From Thermoanaerobaculia bacterium (GTDB lineage: Bacteria; Acidobacteriota; Thermoanaerobaculia; Multivoradales; UBA5704): a stretch of DNA of 64,000 bases. The position numbers and the translations under genes were made by a program. The DNA lies in the NCBI GenBank assembly GCA_035637095.1, contig DASPXX010000232.1, positions 1,741 through 65,740 on the forward strand. Reading direction: 5' to 3'. The notes under the pieces are model-generated. The model worked only from the letters and a program-made list of their open reading frames with translations, searched no databases and was not told the origin of the DNA. This document shows positions 55,934 through 64,000 of this stretch, in pieces; position 1 is the first letter of the stretch; each line of letters starts with the position of its first letter.

Positions 55934-58900
55934 TCACGGCAGCTCCCGCACGAACACCCCCACCCCGTTCCTCAGCTCGCCGGCCAGCTCCTTCAGCCGC
56001 GCGTGGTGGGTGAAGAGGATGACCTGGGTCTTCTTGGCGAGGTCGGCGAGGACTTTGAGGGTGGCGGCGGTCCGGTCGTCGTCGAAGTTGATCAGGATGT
56101 CGTCGACGATGAAGGGGAGCGGCTCGGCGTGGGCGAGGTAGCGCTCGAGAGTGGCGAGACGCAGGGAAAGATAGAGCTGGTCGCGCGTGCCGGAGCTCAT
56201 CCCCTCGACCCGGACCTTCTTCCCTCCCTCGCGCACCCCCACCAGGACAGGCTCGTCCTCGCGGTCGTAATCGGTCTGCAGGCCGCGGTAGCGCCCGAGG
56301 GTCAGAGCCGTGAAGAGGTCTCCGGCGCGGCGCAGGAGCGGCGCCTGGTTCTCGGCGCGGTAACGATCGACCTCCCGGCGCAAGACCGCGGCGGCGAGAC
56401 GGAGGCGGGTGTAGCGCTCCACGTTCTCCCGCAGCGTGGCCAGGATCTCCTGCTCGCGCTCGGCGGCGCGGGCTGCGGCATCGCCGCCGGTCAGGTGAGC
56501 GAGCTCCAATTGCTCCTTCCCCAGCTCTTCCCGCAGGTCGAGCGAGCGCCTCTCCAGCTCTTCGACCTCGCGGCCGAGCCGGTCGATCTCGGCCGGCAGG
56601 AGATCGCCGTCCACGCCCGCGGCCTCGCGCTCCAGATCGTCCAGGGTCAAGCCCTCTCCGTCCAGGAGGAGCTCCCTTTCGGTCTCTTCCAGGGCTGCGG
56701 CGATTTTCTGGGATTCGGCGGACCTCGCCTCTGCCTCCTCCAGGCCGGCCTCGCCGTCGCAACCGGCTTCCCGGACGAGGAGAGCGAGCCTCTCTTCCAT
56801 CGCCCGGCCGGTGGTCCCGGCGTCCCGGATCTCCTCGTCCAGCTTCTGGATGCGTTGGTCGAGGTCGCGCCGGCGGGTGGCGCGCTGGCGGGCTTCGGCC
56901 AAACGGGCATGGAGCTGCACGGCGATCTGGTCGGCGGGCTGGCCGGCGAGGTCGGGAGCGAGCGCCTCGGCGAGCACGCCGACCGCGGTCTTGAAGGCTT
57001 CGATCTCCCGGTCGAGCGCGGCGATACGGACATCCAGACCCGCCGCCTGCTGGAGGCTGCCGAAGGCGTCGCGAAGGGTCCCGACGAAGTGGGCGACCTC
57101 GCCCGGCAGAGCCTGGCGGTCGAAGCCGAAGCCGCGGACGGCCTCCGCCCAGGCCTCCTGCCATTCCTCCAGGTCCGCCGCCGCCGCGGATTCGGCGTCG
57201 CTCGCCGCGGCCAGCTCGGCCTCGGCATCCCGCAGGCCTTCCCCGAGGCGGGCACGCTCGCGCGCTGCCTCTTCCAGGGCGCGGACGGTCTCTTCGGCGT
57301 GGGTGAGGAGGGGCTCCAGGAGATCCGAAGCCGCGGCTTGCTCCGTCACGGCCTTGAGCGCCCGGACCAGCGCGGCGTGGTGGCTTCGGCGGTTCTTTTC
57401 CAGGGTTTCAACTTGATGCCTCTGGAGGCGCAAGGCCTCGGCTCGGGCGCGGAGCCTCTCGTGGCGGGCGGCCCAGGCCTGCATTTCTTTGGGCGTCCGC
57501 GGGGCGAAGCCGCAGGGGCTCCAGAGCGCGATCCACTCGTCGCGGAGGCAGTCGTCCTGTTGCGCGACGGCGGCCTCCTCAGTCTTCAGCGTCTCCAGCG
57601 CCTGGACGAGCTGGTCCTGGCGGGCCAGGAGGTGCGCCTGCTTCTGGACGCGGTCGGCCTCGCGGCGGAGGCGGTCGGCCAGATCGTCGGCTTCCCCCAC
57701 GGCCTTTTCATAGATGTCGGCCTGACCGTCCGGGATCTCCTCGCCGGCGAGCCAGGCGCGGAGCAGGAGGTTCCACTCGCGATTCCGCCGGTCGCGCGCG
57801 GCGTGCAGCTCGTCCTCGGTGGGCACGGTGCCGGCGCGGCGGATCTCGTCCAGGTCCTGCTCGACGCCGGCCTGCTCGGTGCTCAGGGCCTTCCCCTGGT
57901 CGTCCAGGCCGCGCCGGCGCTCGGCGAGGGCGGCGAAGCTCTCGCGGAAGCGCTCCAGGGTCTCGGCGGGCGGCACCGGCAGGGCCTCCAGCTCCTCGGC
58001 GGAGCCGCTCCACAGACCGAGGCGGGAGAGCTCGATGCGCAGCTGCACCTCGTCGCGGCCGAGGGCCTCGCCCGCCTCGGCCAGAGCACGGTCCAGGTCT
58101 CCCGCCTTGCGGACGGTTTCGGCGCGGCGGCGCAGGGCCGACGGATCACGCGGCTCCGGACGGGAGGCCAGGGCGTCGCGGGTGGCGGCGAGCCGGCGCT
58201 CCGCCTGCTGCAGATCGCGGCGCGCCTGCTTGCGGCCGGCGTCCAGCTCCTGGCGACGTTGAGCAAGCTCCTGGATCCGCTGCCAGCGCTCCAGGGCGGG
58301 GCGCAGCGCCTCGGCCTCGTCCAAGGTCAGGCCGGGGCGGATGTCCTCCAGCAGCTCCTCGGCGCGGACGCGCAGCTCGCCGCGCTCGGCGAGCAGGCGG
58401 TTGCGGCTCTTCTGGTCCTCCTCGAATTTGCGCACCCCCTGGTGGAGCGCCTCGATGGTCTCCGCCCGATCGAGAACGTCGCGGGGGACCTCCAGGCCCG
58501 TGGCCTCGTCGCGCAGCCCGGCGAGATCCATCTCGGCGCGGGATCGCCTCTCGCGGGCGGAACGGAGGGCGTCCTGGACCTCGCGCCGCCGCTCCGGGAA
58601 ACCGGCGGGCAGCACAACCACCTCGCCCAGGGCCTCGCGCCGGGTGAGCCAGCCGCGCCGGTTGGCCAGGCGCGGCAGGGCGCGGCGCAGGCGGGCAAGC
58701 CGGTTGCGCTCGGTCTTCCACCCGGCCAGCCGGCTTTCCAATTCGGACGATTCCCCGCGTCTCTTCTCCAGCTCCCTCCGCCGGCCGTCCCACTCGCGGC
58801 CGGAGAGGGAGTGCTCGGCTAGCTCGCGCTTCGTCTTCTGGTGCTCGGCGAGGCCCAAGTTGATCGCCTTGACCTGGCCGCGCGGCCGGAACAGGGCGTC

Positions 58901-59410
58901 GGCCTCTTCGTCGAGCGAGCCCAAGACCTTGCGCAGGTTGCGCGTGCCGAGGCCCGCGGCGAACAGGGCCTGCCCCACGTCCCCCTTCTGCTCCAGCAGC
59001 TCCTGGCCCCCCTGGAGGAGGGCGTCATGGTCGATGCCGAAGAGGGTGGCGAAGAGCTTCTCGTCGATCCCGCGCAGGCAGCGGTCGAGGAGCCCGTCGT
59101 CGAGCGGGCTCTCGTCGTCCGCGGCGAGGAGCGTGCTCTTCTGCCCCTTGCGGCGCAGGAACGCGAGCTCGCTGCCGTCGGCGAGGCGGAGCCGCCCGCC
59201 GACGCGCAGCTGGTCATAGGAATGAAGGAAGTCGTCGCCGGTCTGCTTGGGGAAGCCGTAGAGCAGGGCGCGGAGGGCGCGCAGGGCCGAGCTCTTCCCC
59301 GCCTCGTTGGGGCCGAAGACGAGATGCAGCCCCGGTTCTCCGCCCGACAGGTCGAGCCGGCGCTCGGTGAACGGGCCGAAGGCCTTCAAATAGAGCTCGA
59401 GGAGCCTCAC
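55934..59410 (-). CDS. SbcC/YhaN-like SMC-type AAA ATPase (1158 aa)
   Basis: N-terminal Walker A FGPNEAGKSS, about 900 aa coiled-coil (Ala/Glu/Arg/Leu-rich), C-terminal SSGTRDQLYLSLRLA signature, Walker B FIVDDILINFDD, ILFTHH. GTGA overlap with the upstream nuclease gene. Confidence 0.9.
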   Translation of the reverse strand: MRLLELYLKAFGPFTERRLDLSGGEPGLHLVFGPNEAGKSSALRALRALLYGFPKQTGDDFLHSYDQLRVGGRLRLADGSELAFLRRKGQKSTLLAADDESPLDDGLLDRCLRGIDEKLFATLFGIDHDALLQGGQELLEQKGDVGQALFAAGLGTRNLRKVLGSLDEEADALFRPRGQVKAINLGLAEHQKTKRELAEHSLSGREWDGRRRELEKRRGESSELESRLAGWKTERNRLARLRRALPRLANRRGWLTRREALGEVVVLPAGFPERRREVQDALRSARERRSRAEMDLAGLRDEATGLEVPRDVLDRAETIEALHQGVRKFEEDQKSRNRLLAERGELRVRAEELLEDIRPGLTLDEAEALRPALERWQRIQELAQRRQELDAGRKQARRDLQQAERRLAATRDALASRPEPRDPSALRRRAETVRKAGDLDRALAEAGEALGRDEVQLRIELSRLGLWSGSAEELEALPVPPAETLERFRESFAALAERRRGLDDQGKALSTEQAGVEQDLDEIRRAGTVPTEDELHAARDRRNREWNLLLRAWLAGEEIPDGQADIYEKAVGEADDLADRLRREADRVQKQAHLLARQDQLVQALETLKTEEAAVAQQDDCLRDEWIALWSPCGFAPRTPKEMQAWAARHERLRARAEALRLQRHQVETLEKNRRSHHAALVRALKAVTEQAAASDLLEPLLTHAEETVRALEEAARERARLGEGLRDAEAELAAASDAESAAAADLEEWQEAWAEAVRGFGFDRQALPGEVAHFVGTLRDAFGSLQQAAGLDVRIAALDREIEAFKTAVGVLAEALAPDLAGQPADQIAVQLHARLAEARQRATRRRDLDQRIQKLDEEIRDAGTTGRAMEERLALLVREAGCDGEAGLEEAEARSAESQKIAAALEETERELLLDGEGLTLDDLEREAAGVDGDLLPAEIDRLGREVEELERRSLDLREELGKEQLELAHLTGGDAAARAAEREQEILATLRENVERYTRLRLAAAVLRREVDRYRAENQAPLLRRAGDLFTALTLGRYRGLQTDYDREDEPVLVGVREGGKKVRVEGMSSGTRDQLYLSLRLATLERYLAHAEPLPFIVDDILINFDDDRTAATLKVLADLAKKTQVILFTHHARLKELAGELRNGVGVFVRELP

Positions 59411-60672
59411 GCCTCCAGCGTCTCCGGAGCGGCCAGCAGGCGCGCGAGCAGCAGGTCCCGGGCTTCGTCGAGGAGGGAGCGCAACCGCTCCGGATCGCCG
59501 GGCCGGGCGGCCTCGCCCTCCGCGAACAGCTCGGGCGGGAGCTTGCGTTCGAGGTCGGCGAAGCTCTCGGCGAGCGCCGCCAGCGCGGCCTCGTCCGCGG
59601 CGAGCTCGCGGACGGTGTGCAGGAGGCCGCCCAGGGCGTCGTCCCGCTCCAGGACGGCGAGGTCGGCGGCGCGGCGGGTGCGCACCTGAACCTTCTCGAT
59701 CCACAGCGAGCCGTCGCCGAAGCCGGAAGCGATGCCGCGGATCTCGGCGATCCAGCGCTCCGGATCGGCGGCGAGGTCGTCGTGGACCGGGCAGGCGCCC
59801 TCCAGGCGGATGCGCGCCGCCAGAGGGCGGCCGTCCGCGGCGTCGAGCGCCTTTTCGAGCGCCTGCTGGATGCGGTCGAGCGCCTCGCCGGTCCCCGCCA
59901 CGCCGGCCAGGCTCACGGGACAAGTAGCCCAGCGGAAGACATCCAGATCGCGATGCTCGGCGCGGACCACCTCGCGCCCCTCGACGGTCACCAGCGTCGC
60001 TCCCTTGGCGCCGGTCTCGCGGGCATGCCGCCCCTGGAGGTTGCCGGGAAAGACGATCCAGGGATCGCGGGAGACCACCTCGCGGACGTGGACGTGGCCG
60101 AGCGCCCAAAATTGATAGCCGCGGGAGCGCAGGCCGTCGACCGAGCAGGGAGCGTAGGCGGCGTGCCCCTCGCGCCCGTCGAGGCTGGTATGGAGCAGGC
60201 CGATGTTGAACAGGTGCGGCACGGCCGCGGGATAGCCGGCCGACAGGTCCTCGGTCACCGCGACGCTCGCGAATCCCTGGCCATGAAGGGCGACGCCGAG
60301 ATCCTCCAGAACGGCCGTCTCCGGCCGCTTCGTGGAGAACACCTTCACATTGTCCGGGGGCCGCAGGACCCGGGTGATCTGGCTCGCGGCGTCGTGATTG
60401 CCGGCGATGACGAACGCGCGGATGTCCGCCTCGCGCAGGCGGTTCATCTGGGAGACGAAGAAGAGGCCGGTGTTGTAGTCCTTCCAGTCGCCGTCATAGA
60501 GGTCGCCCGCGAGGAGCACGAAGGCGACCTCCTCCTCGATCGCCAGGTCGACCAGCCGCTCGAACGCCCGCCGCGTCGCCCCGCGGATCTCCCCCACCGG
60601 CGCCCCCTCGTAGCGTTCGAGACCGCGGAGAGGGCTGTCGAGGTGGATGTCGGCGGCGTGGAGGAATTTCAC
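59407..60672 (-). CDS. SbcD/YhaO-like metallophosphoesterase nuclease
   Basis: FLHAADIHLD, LLAGDLYD, IAGNHD, LGHVH calcineurin-like phosphoesterase motifs. Confidence 0.9.
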   Translation of the reverse strand: MKFLHAADIHLDSPLRGLERYEGAPVGEIRGATRRAFERLVDLAIEEEVAFVLLAGDLYDGDWKDYNTGLFFVSQMNRLREADIRAFVIAGNHDAASQITRVLRPPDNVKVFSTKRPETAVLEDLGVALHGQGFASVAVTEDLSAGYPAAVPHLFNIGLLHTSLDGREGHAAYAPCSVDGLRSRGYQFWALGHVHVREVVSRDPWIVFPGNLQGRHARETGAKGATLVTVEGREVVRAEHRDLDVFRWATCPVSLAGVAGTGEALDRIQQALEKALDAADGRPLAARIRLEGACPVHDDLAADPERWIAEIRGIASGFGDGSLWIEKVQVRTRRAADLAVLERDDALGGLLHTVRELAADEAALAALAESFADLERKLPPELFAEGEAARPGDPERLRSLLDEARDLLLARLLAAPETLEA

Positions 60673-60723
60673 GGAGAAAGAGTACCGCAGGCTCCTGCCA
60701 CGCCGAGCACCTCTTCGAGGTCG

Positions 60724-63700
60724 TTACTGCCAGTCCCCCGTGAGCTGGAACGCCGCCCAGTGGAAAGGGTGGGAGGGCCCGGCCTTCTCCCGGATGTGGT
60801 CGATCTGCGCTGCTCGCAAGGCCTCGTCCTTCGACATGCCGCTGTGAAGATACCCGTAGAAGCTCTTCATGAAACCGGCGGTGGAGCGATCAGCGACTCC
60901 CCACAGCGAGGCGAGAACCGAGCGCGCACCGGCGTACTGGAAAGCGCGCGTCAGCCCGACGAGGCCTTCCCCCGCCGTCTCCCGGCCCAGGCCCGTGTCA
61001 CACGCCGAGAGGGTCACCAGATCGGCATCCAGCCGCACGCTCTGGAAGATCTCCCAGGCCTGGAGAAGGCCGTTGTCCTTGCCTTCGGCCAGTTTCTCAG
61101 GCTGTGTGAAGACCAGGGCCGAGTTGAGCGGGAATTGTTCGTCGAGCACGCCGTGGCAGGCGAAGTGGACGAGGCGCGCCTCCCGCCCGATGGACTTGGC
61201 TCTCTCTTCCGTCGCATCGCGGCCGAGGTAGATCTCGGCCTGGGGGTAGAGGGTGGCAATGGACTTCACCTCGTCGCCGCTCGAGGGAAGGGGCCGGAGG
61301 GTCAACCCGCGCCGGACGGCCTCCCGGACTTCCGGGTCGGCGGCGGCGTCCGGCGTCAGAGGCCGGTAGACGGGATCGCCGAAGGCGACGAGACGCTCCT
61401 CGCCGTGAGCCCGCCGGGGCGGGCGCGATTTTGCCAGCTCCGCGTAGACGGTGGCGGAAAGCACGGAATGGATCGGCTTCCACTCGACGAGATAGTGGCC
61501 CCCCCGCACCAGCGCGGCAAAGGGCAGGGTGTCGAGCGGCCCATGGGGTGAGAAGAGGATGCGTTGCGCCCCGGCGATCTGCGCCTCGGCCGGGCGGACC
61601 AGGAGATCGTAGAGCCGCCGCGCCAGGGCCTGGAGCTCCACGGGTTCGGAGCCCGGGTTTTTCAGGACGAGACGGAAGCTCTCCACCTGGTCGCGCAGAC
61701 TCGTCGCGCCGAGAGCGATGGGAAAGACCGACAGGCCGGAGCCCTTCACATTCGCGGATTGAACGACGAACAGCCAGGACCTCTCCGCGCCCACCGCGTA
61801 CTCGAGAAGCACGGTCCCCGGGTCGAGGGCCGCGCGGGCGCCCGCCAGGTCGAGCGGCGCGGGATCGTGGAGAGCGGCGGCGCGGGGCGACTCCTGGCGT
61901 ATCCGGGCCAGGATCTCCTCCTGGCGGGACCGCAGGTCGCGGAGCTCGCCGGTGAGCCGCCCGATCGCGGCGTCGTCCCGGCCGGCGCTCAGCGGCGCGA
62001 ACTCCGACTGGACGCGGTCGTACTCGGCATTGACGCGCCTGCGCTCGGCCGCGAGCTCCGGCGGCAGGTCCGAGAGGCGGAGGTCCCGTTCGGCGAGAAG
62101 CTCGAGGAAGGAGCGTGCACGCCCTTTCTCCAGGACGTGGAATGCCTCCACAGGCCGGCCGAGCTTGATCAGACCCTCCAGGCAAGCCTGGTAGGTATCG
62201 GCGAAAACGGCCACGAACGAGGTCTTCGCTTCCGGAGTGCCCCCGAGCCGGGCCCACTGGCGGTCGAGGATGTCGACGGCGTGGCAGAGGTCGCTGATCC
62301 CTTCCTGAGACCGGCCCATCCGGCGCTCGACGCGGCCGAGGGAGTAGAGCGTTCTGGCCTCTTCGCCGTTGTTGCCCTCCGGGAAGAGCTTGCGTTGGAG
62401 CTTCACGGCCCGGCGCTCGAGCGCGAGGGCTTCCTGCAGGCGCCCGCGCCGGGCGACGATCTCGCCCAGGTCGCGCAGAACGACGGAGCTCGTCAGGCTC
62501 TCGGGCGCTGCTTTCTCGACGGTCGCCAGCGCCTGCCGGAGGAGCCCCTCCGCCGTGGCGAGGCCGCCGCCATGGTCCGCCTCCACGTCGGCGAGATGTT
62601 CCAGGATGTTGGCGATGCGAATGCTTCCCGGCGCCAGCTTTTCCTGGAGCTCCAGCGCGCGCCGCAGGGAGGTCCGGGCCGTCGCGAAATCGCCTTGCAG
62701 GGACGCCATTCTTCCCAGGCTGCTCAGGCTGTCGGCAATCTCCGCTCCGCCCGGGGCGAGCTTCTCCAGGATGGCCAGGGCCCGCCGGAAGTAGGCTCCG
62801 GCCGACTCCAGGTCGCCCCGATTGACGGCGATGTTGCCCAGGCTCGTCAGGATCGACGAGCGATCGAGCTCGTCGCGCGCCGTCCGTTCCTGGAGCGCCA
62901 GGACGTGGAGGAGCAGGTTGTCGGCGGTGGCGAGATCGCCCCGTTGCACCGCGACGTTCGCCAGGTTGGTCAGGCAACCGACAACGTGGAGGCCTTCGGG
63001 AAGGGTCTTCTCATAGGTGGCGATAGCCTGCCGGAACAAGCTTTCCGCGCTCTCCAGGTCGCCGCGGTCCCAGGCGAGGTTGCCGAGAGACTGGAGAAAC
63101 CGGCCGTGGTCGAGACTGTCCGGAGCCAGCCGCCGCAGGATCTGCTCGCCCCGTACGAGATACTCTTCCGACGCCGCGAGATCGCCGCTCCGGCGCGCCA
63201 GCATCCCGAGATAGAGAAGACCTTCCGCGACGGCGGTGGTCCCGGGCGCCAGCTCCTCGCGGATCGCCAGGGCTTGCTTCAGGAGATCCTCGGCGGCGTC
63301 ATGGTCGCCCCGCTTCGCAGCGATGATCCCCTGGGAGCCGAGCGACCGCGCAGCGGCCAGGCTCTTCGGGGCCGTCATCCGGTCGAGCTCCAGGGCCTTC
63401 CGGTAGCGCTCGAGCGCCGCGTCCCAGGCGCCACGCACCTGGAACGAATCCCCCCAGACGCGGAGGAGCTCGGCTGCCGCCGGATGCTCGGACTCCCGCT
63501 CCAGATCCGCCAGCGCCTCCTGGTAGGCGGCGTCCGCTTCGGGCCACTTCCCGGCCTTGGCGAGCGTCCTCGCCAGCCGCTCCAGAAGCCAGCCGGCGAG
63601 CCGGCCGTCGCCGGCGGTCCGCGCGGATTGCGCCGCGGATCGCCAGCTGCGCTCGGCGGCTGCGAGATCGCCGGCTTCGACGCTCGCCTTCCCGTCCCGA

Positions 63701-64000
63701 TACAGGGCGGCGAGGTCGGACGGGAGGCCCGGCCGCGCCTCGACCCCCCAGGCCGACGCCGTCAGGGTCCAGACCCTCTCTTCCTCTCCGCGCTTCCCCC
63801 GCAGAGCGACGGCCCGCCGCGGAGACTCCTCGATCTCCAGAGGCAGCAGGTCGTACGGAGAGCGAACCGCGCCGCTCGCGGGCTGCGGGAAGGCGGGAGG
63901 AGAGGCGGCACAAGACCATGAACGGATGACGTCCCCCGGCTCCAGGCCGGCCGTCGCTCCCGTCGATGCCGGAGTCACCTTTTCGACCACCACACCGGCC
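60724..64000 (-). CDS. CHAT-domain protease with long TPR array and N-terminal PDZ-like segment; 5' end probably beyond the window
   Basis: C-terminal CHAT with LVHFACHG (His) and LSACDTG (Cys). More than 10 TPRs (GDLESAESLFRQAIATYEK etc). N-terminus AGLEPGDVIRSW is PDZ-like. The frame stays open to the window edge. Confidence 0.9.
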   Translation of the reverse strand, partial: AGVVVEKVTPASTGATAGLEPGDVIRSWSCAASPPAFPQPASGAVRSPYDLLPLEIEESPRRAVALRGKRGEEERVWTLTASAWGVEARPGLPSDLAALYRDGKASVEAGDLAAAERSWRSAAQSARTAGDGRLAGWLLERLARTLAKAGKWPEADAAYQEALADLERESEHPAAAELLRVWGDSFQVRGAWDAALERYRKALELDRMTAPKSLAAARSLGSQGIIAAKRGDHDAAEDLLKQALAIREELAPGTTAVAEGLLYLGMLARRSGDLAASEEYLVRGEQILRRLAPDSLDHGRFLQSLGNLAWDRGDLESAESLFRQAIATYEKTLPEGLHVVGCLTNLANVAVQRGDLATADNLLLHVLALQERTARDELDRSSILTSLGNIAVNRGDLESAGAYFRRALAILEKLAPGGAEIADSLSSLGRMASLQGDFATARTSLRRALELQEKLAPGSIRIANILEHLADVEADHGGGLATAEGLLRQALATVEKAAPESLTSSVVLRDLGEIVARRGRLQEALALERRAVKLQRKLFPEGNNGEEARTLYSLGRVERRMGRSQEGISDLCHAVDILDRQWARLGGTPEAKTSFVAVFADTYQACLEGLIKLGRPVEAFHVLEKGRARSFLELLAERDLRLSDLPPELAAERRRVNAEYDRVQSEFAPLSAGRDDAAIGRLTGELRDLRSRQEEILARIRQESPRAAALHDPAPLDLAGARAALDPGTVLLEYAVGAERSWLFVVQSANVKGSGLSVFPIALGATSLRDQVESFRLVLKNPGSEPVELQALARRLYDLLVRPAEAQIAGAQRILFSPHGPLDTLPFAALVRGGHYLVEWKPIHSVLSATVYAELAKSRPPRRAHGEERLVAFGDPVYRPLTPDAAADPEVREAVRRGLTLRPLPSSGDEVKSIATLYPQAEIYLGRDATEERAKSIGREARLVHFACHGVLDEQFPLNSALVFTQPEKLAEGKDNGLLQAWEIFQSVRLDADLVTLSACDTGLGRETAGEGLVGLTRAFQYAGARSVLASLWGVADRSTAGFMKSFYGYLHSGMSKDEALRAAQIDHIREKAGPSHPFHWAAFQLTGDWQ

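Overview
High-GC (about 70% by eye) bacterial chromosomal window. The gene content (an ADOP-type duplicated FtsX permease, a TolB-propeller Ser/Thr kinase, many TPR/CHAT proteins) suggests an Acidobacteriota-like organism; that is inference only. Nearly every real gene has an equally long antisense shadow ORF in the track. I therefore called genes from recognisable catalytic motifs, Shine-Dalgarno sites and start/stop coupling, and set start coordinates by counting codons in the ORF track.

Layout, left to right:
1. A partial NRPS (minus strand, absent from the track), divergent from a kinase-propeller gene.
2. Two small leader-like peptide genes flanking an ADOP permease. The second is followed by a PqqD(RRE)-metalloprotease fusion and a TPR protein.
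3. A 5'-3' exonuclease.
4. A regulatory locus with three copies of an HTH + helical-repeat receptor architecture. Two copies are fused in frame into one 1101-aa ORF. Hairpin tandem repeats sit here, one set encoding a possible secreted repeat peptide on the opposite strand.
5. An amine oxidase, a DCC protein and an ABC exporter/DUF5132/HAD operon.
6. An approximately 13-kb AusA-like NRPS-reductase gene cluster, with a PIN toxin-antitoxin pair on one side and, beyond a P-type ATPase, another on the other. It carries GC-rich palindromic elements inserted in frame.
7. A P-type ATPase that lacks the CPC motif.
8. A lower-GC island holding a 2016-aa membrane-embedded split P-loop NTPase. The island is bracketed by an intact and a decayed copy of a 2-hydroxyacid dehydrogenase gene, plus scrambled ornithine cyclodeaminase fragments.
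9. A CHAT-TPR protease / SbcD-like / SbcC(YhaN)-like operon.

I found no rRNA, tRNA or CRISPR. The giant NTPase island is my top candidate for an undescribed system. The receptor/repeat-peptide locus and the peptide + RRE-protease locus come next.
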